Positions 63,720-64,000 of a stretch of DNA of 64,000 nucleotides are shown one piece after another. Each line of letters opens with the position of its first letter. Position 1 is the stretch's first letter. Source of the DNA: Moniliella sp. 'wahieum' (Eukaryota); assembly GCA_003971905.1 (NCBI GenBank), contig RSEE01000006.1, positions 868,001 through 932,000 of the forward strand, written 5' to 3'. The notes beneath the pieces are model-generated. The model worked only from the letters and a program-made list of their open reading frames with translations. It was not told the DNA's origin and did not search any database. Both the position numbers and the translations under genes were made by a program.

Positions 63720-64000
63720 CGCGGCAGGCGAATGGATTGGCCATCTCGGTGCGGACATGGGCCTGATGGGCGTGCCGGCGTTAAGAGGGGTGTCTGTGCG
63801 GTGGGAACAGGCCGGCAGAGTCCGCAGTCAGGTAGTCCAGTCAGACTCGTGTGAGCTAGTCAGCAGCAGCGCTCAGCTCAGCCCCCGCAGTGCGGCAGAA
63901 GGCCAACGCCTCCATGGGGGAGAGCCGTGTCGCCGCTGGCCAGTGTCCACCAGACGTTTCAATCTCTCAATCCGCGCACCGGTGGTGGCTATTCCGGCCG

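Noticed and set aside
1..64000. Alternative genetic code or programmed frameshifting
   Set aside because: Only one clean in-frame stop was seen. Other breaks are indels with no shared slippery motif, and conserved motifs translate normally with the standard code.

Overview
GC-rich, intron-containing eukaryotic DNA, most consistent with a basidiomycete fungus (GT-A/G-CGT donors, CTAAC/CTGAC branch points, short introns, intron-containing tRNAs). It holds about 19 protein genes: phospholipase D, flavocytochrome b2, a head-to-head pair of SPT small-subunit-like genes, PFK-2/FBPase-2, a GPI-type GMC oxidoreductase, Arp8, an arrestin, a Zds1-like protein, three transporters, a ketopantoate reductase-like enzyme, an FHA/forkhead factor, vacuolar protease B, an Srk1/Rck2 kinase, an SDR and a few orphans. 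It also holds 5 tRNA genes (Asp, Ala, Ile, Lys, Glu). Most genes are broken by small indels, most likely uncorrected long-read errors, so CDS boundaries are manual reconstructions and family calls come from motif recognition, not database searches. The most unusual feature is a pervasive intergenic family of 7-bp tandem repeats. Each unit is an A-NNNN-T palindrome plus one spacer base, at least nine different cores occur, and the cores can switch without losing register. No mobile element, CRISPR array or biosynthetic cluster was supported.
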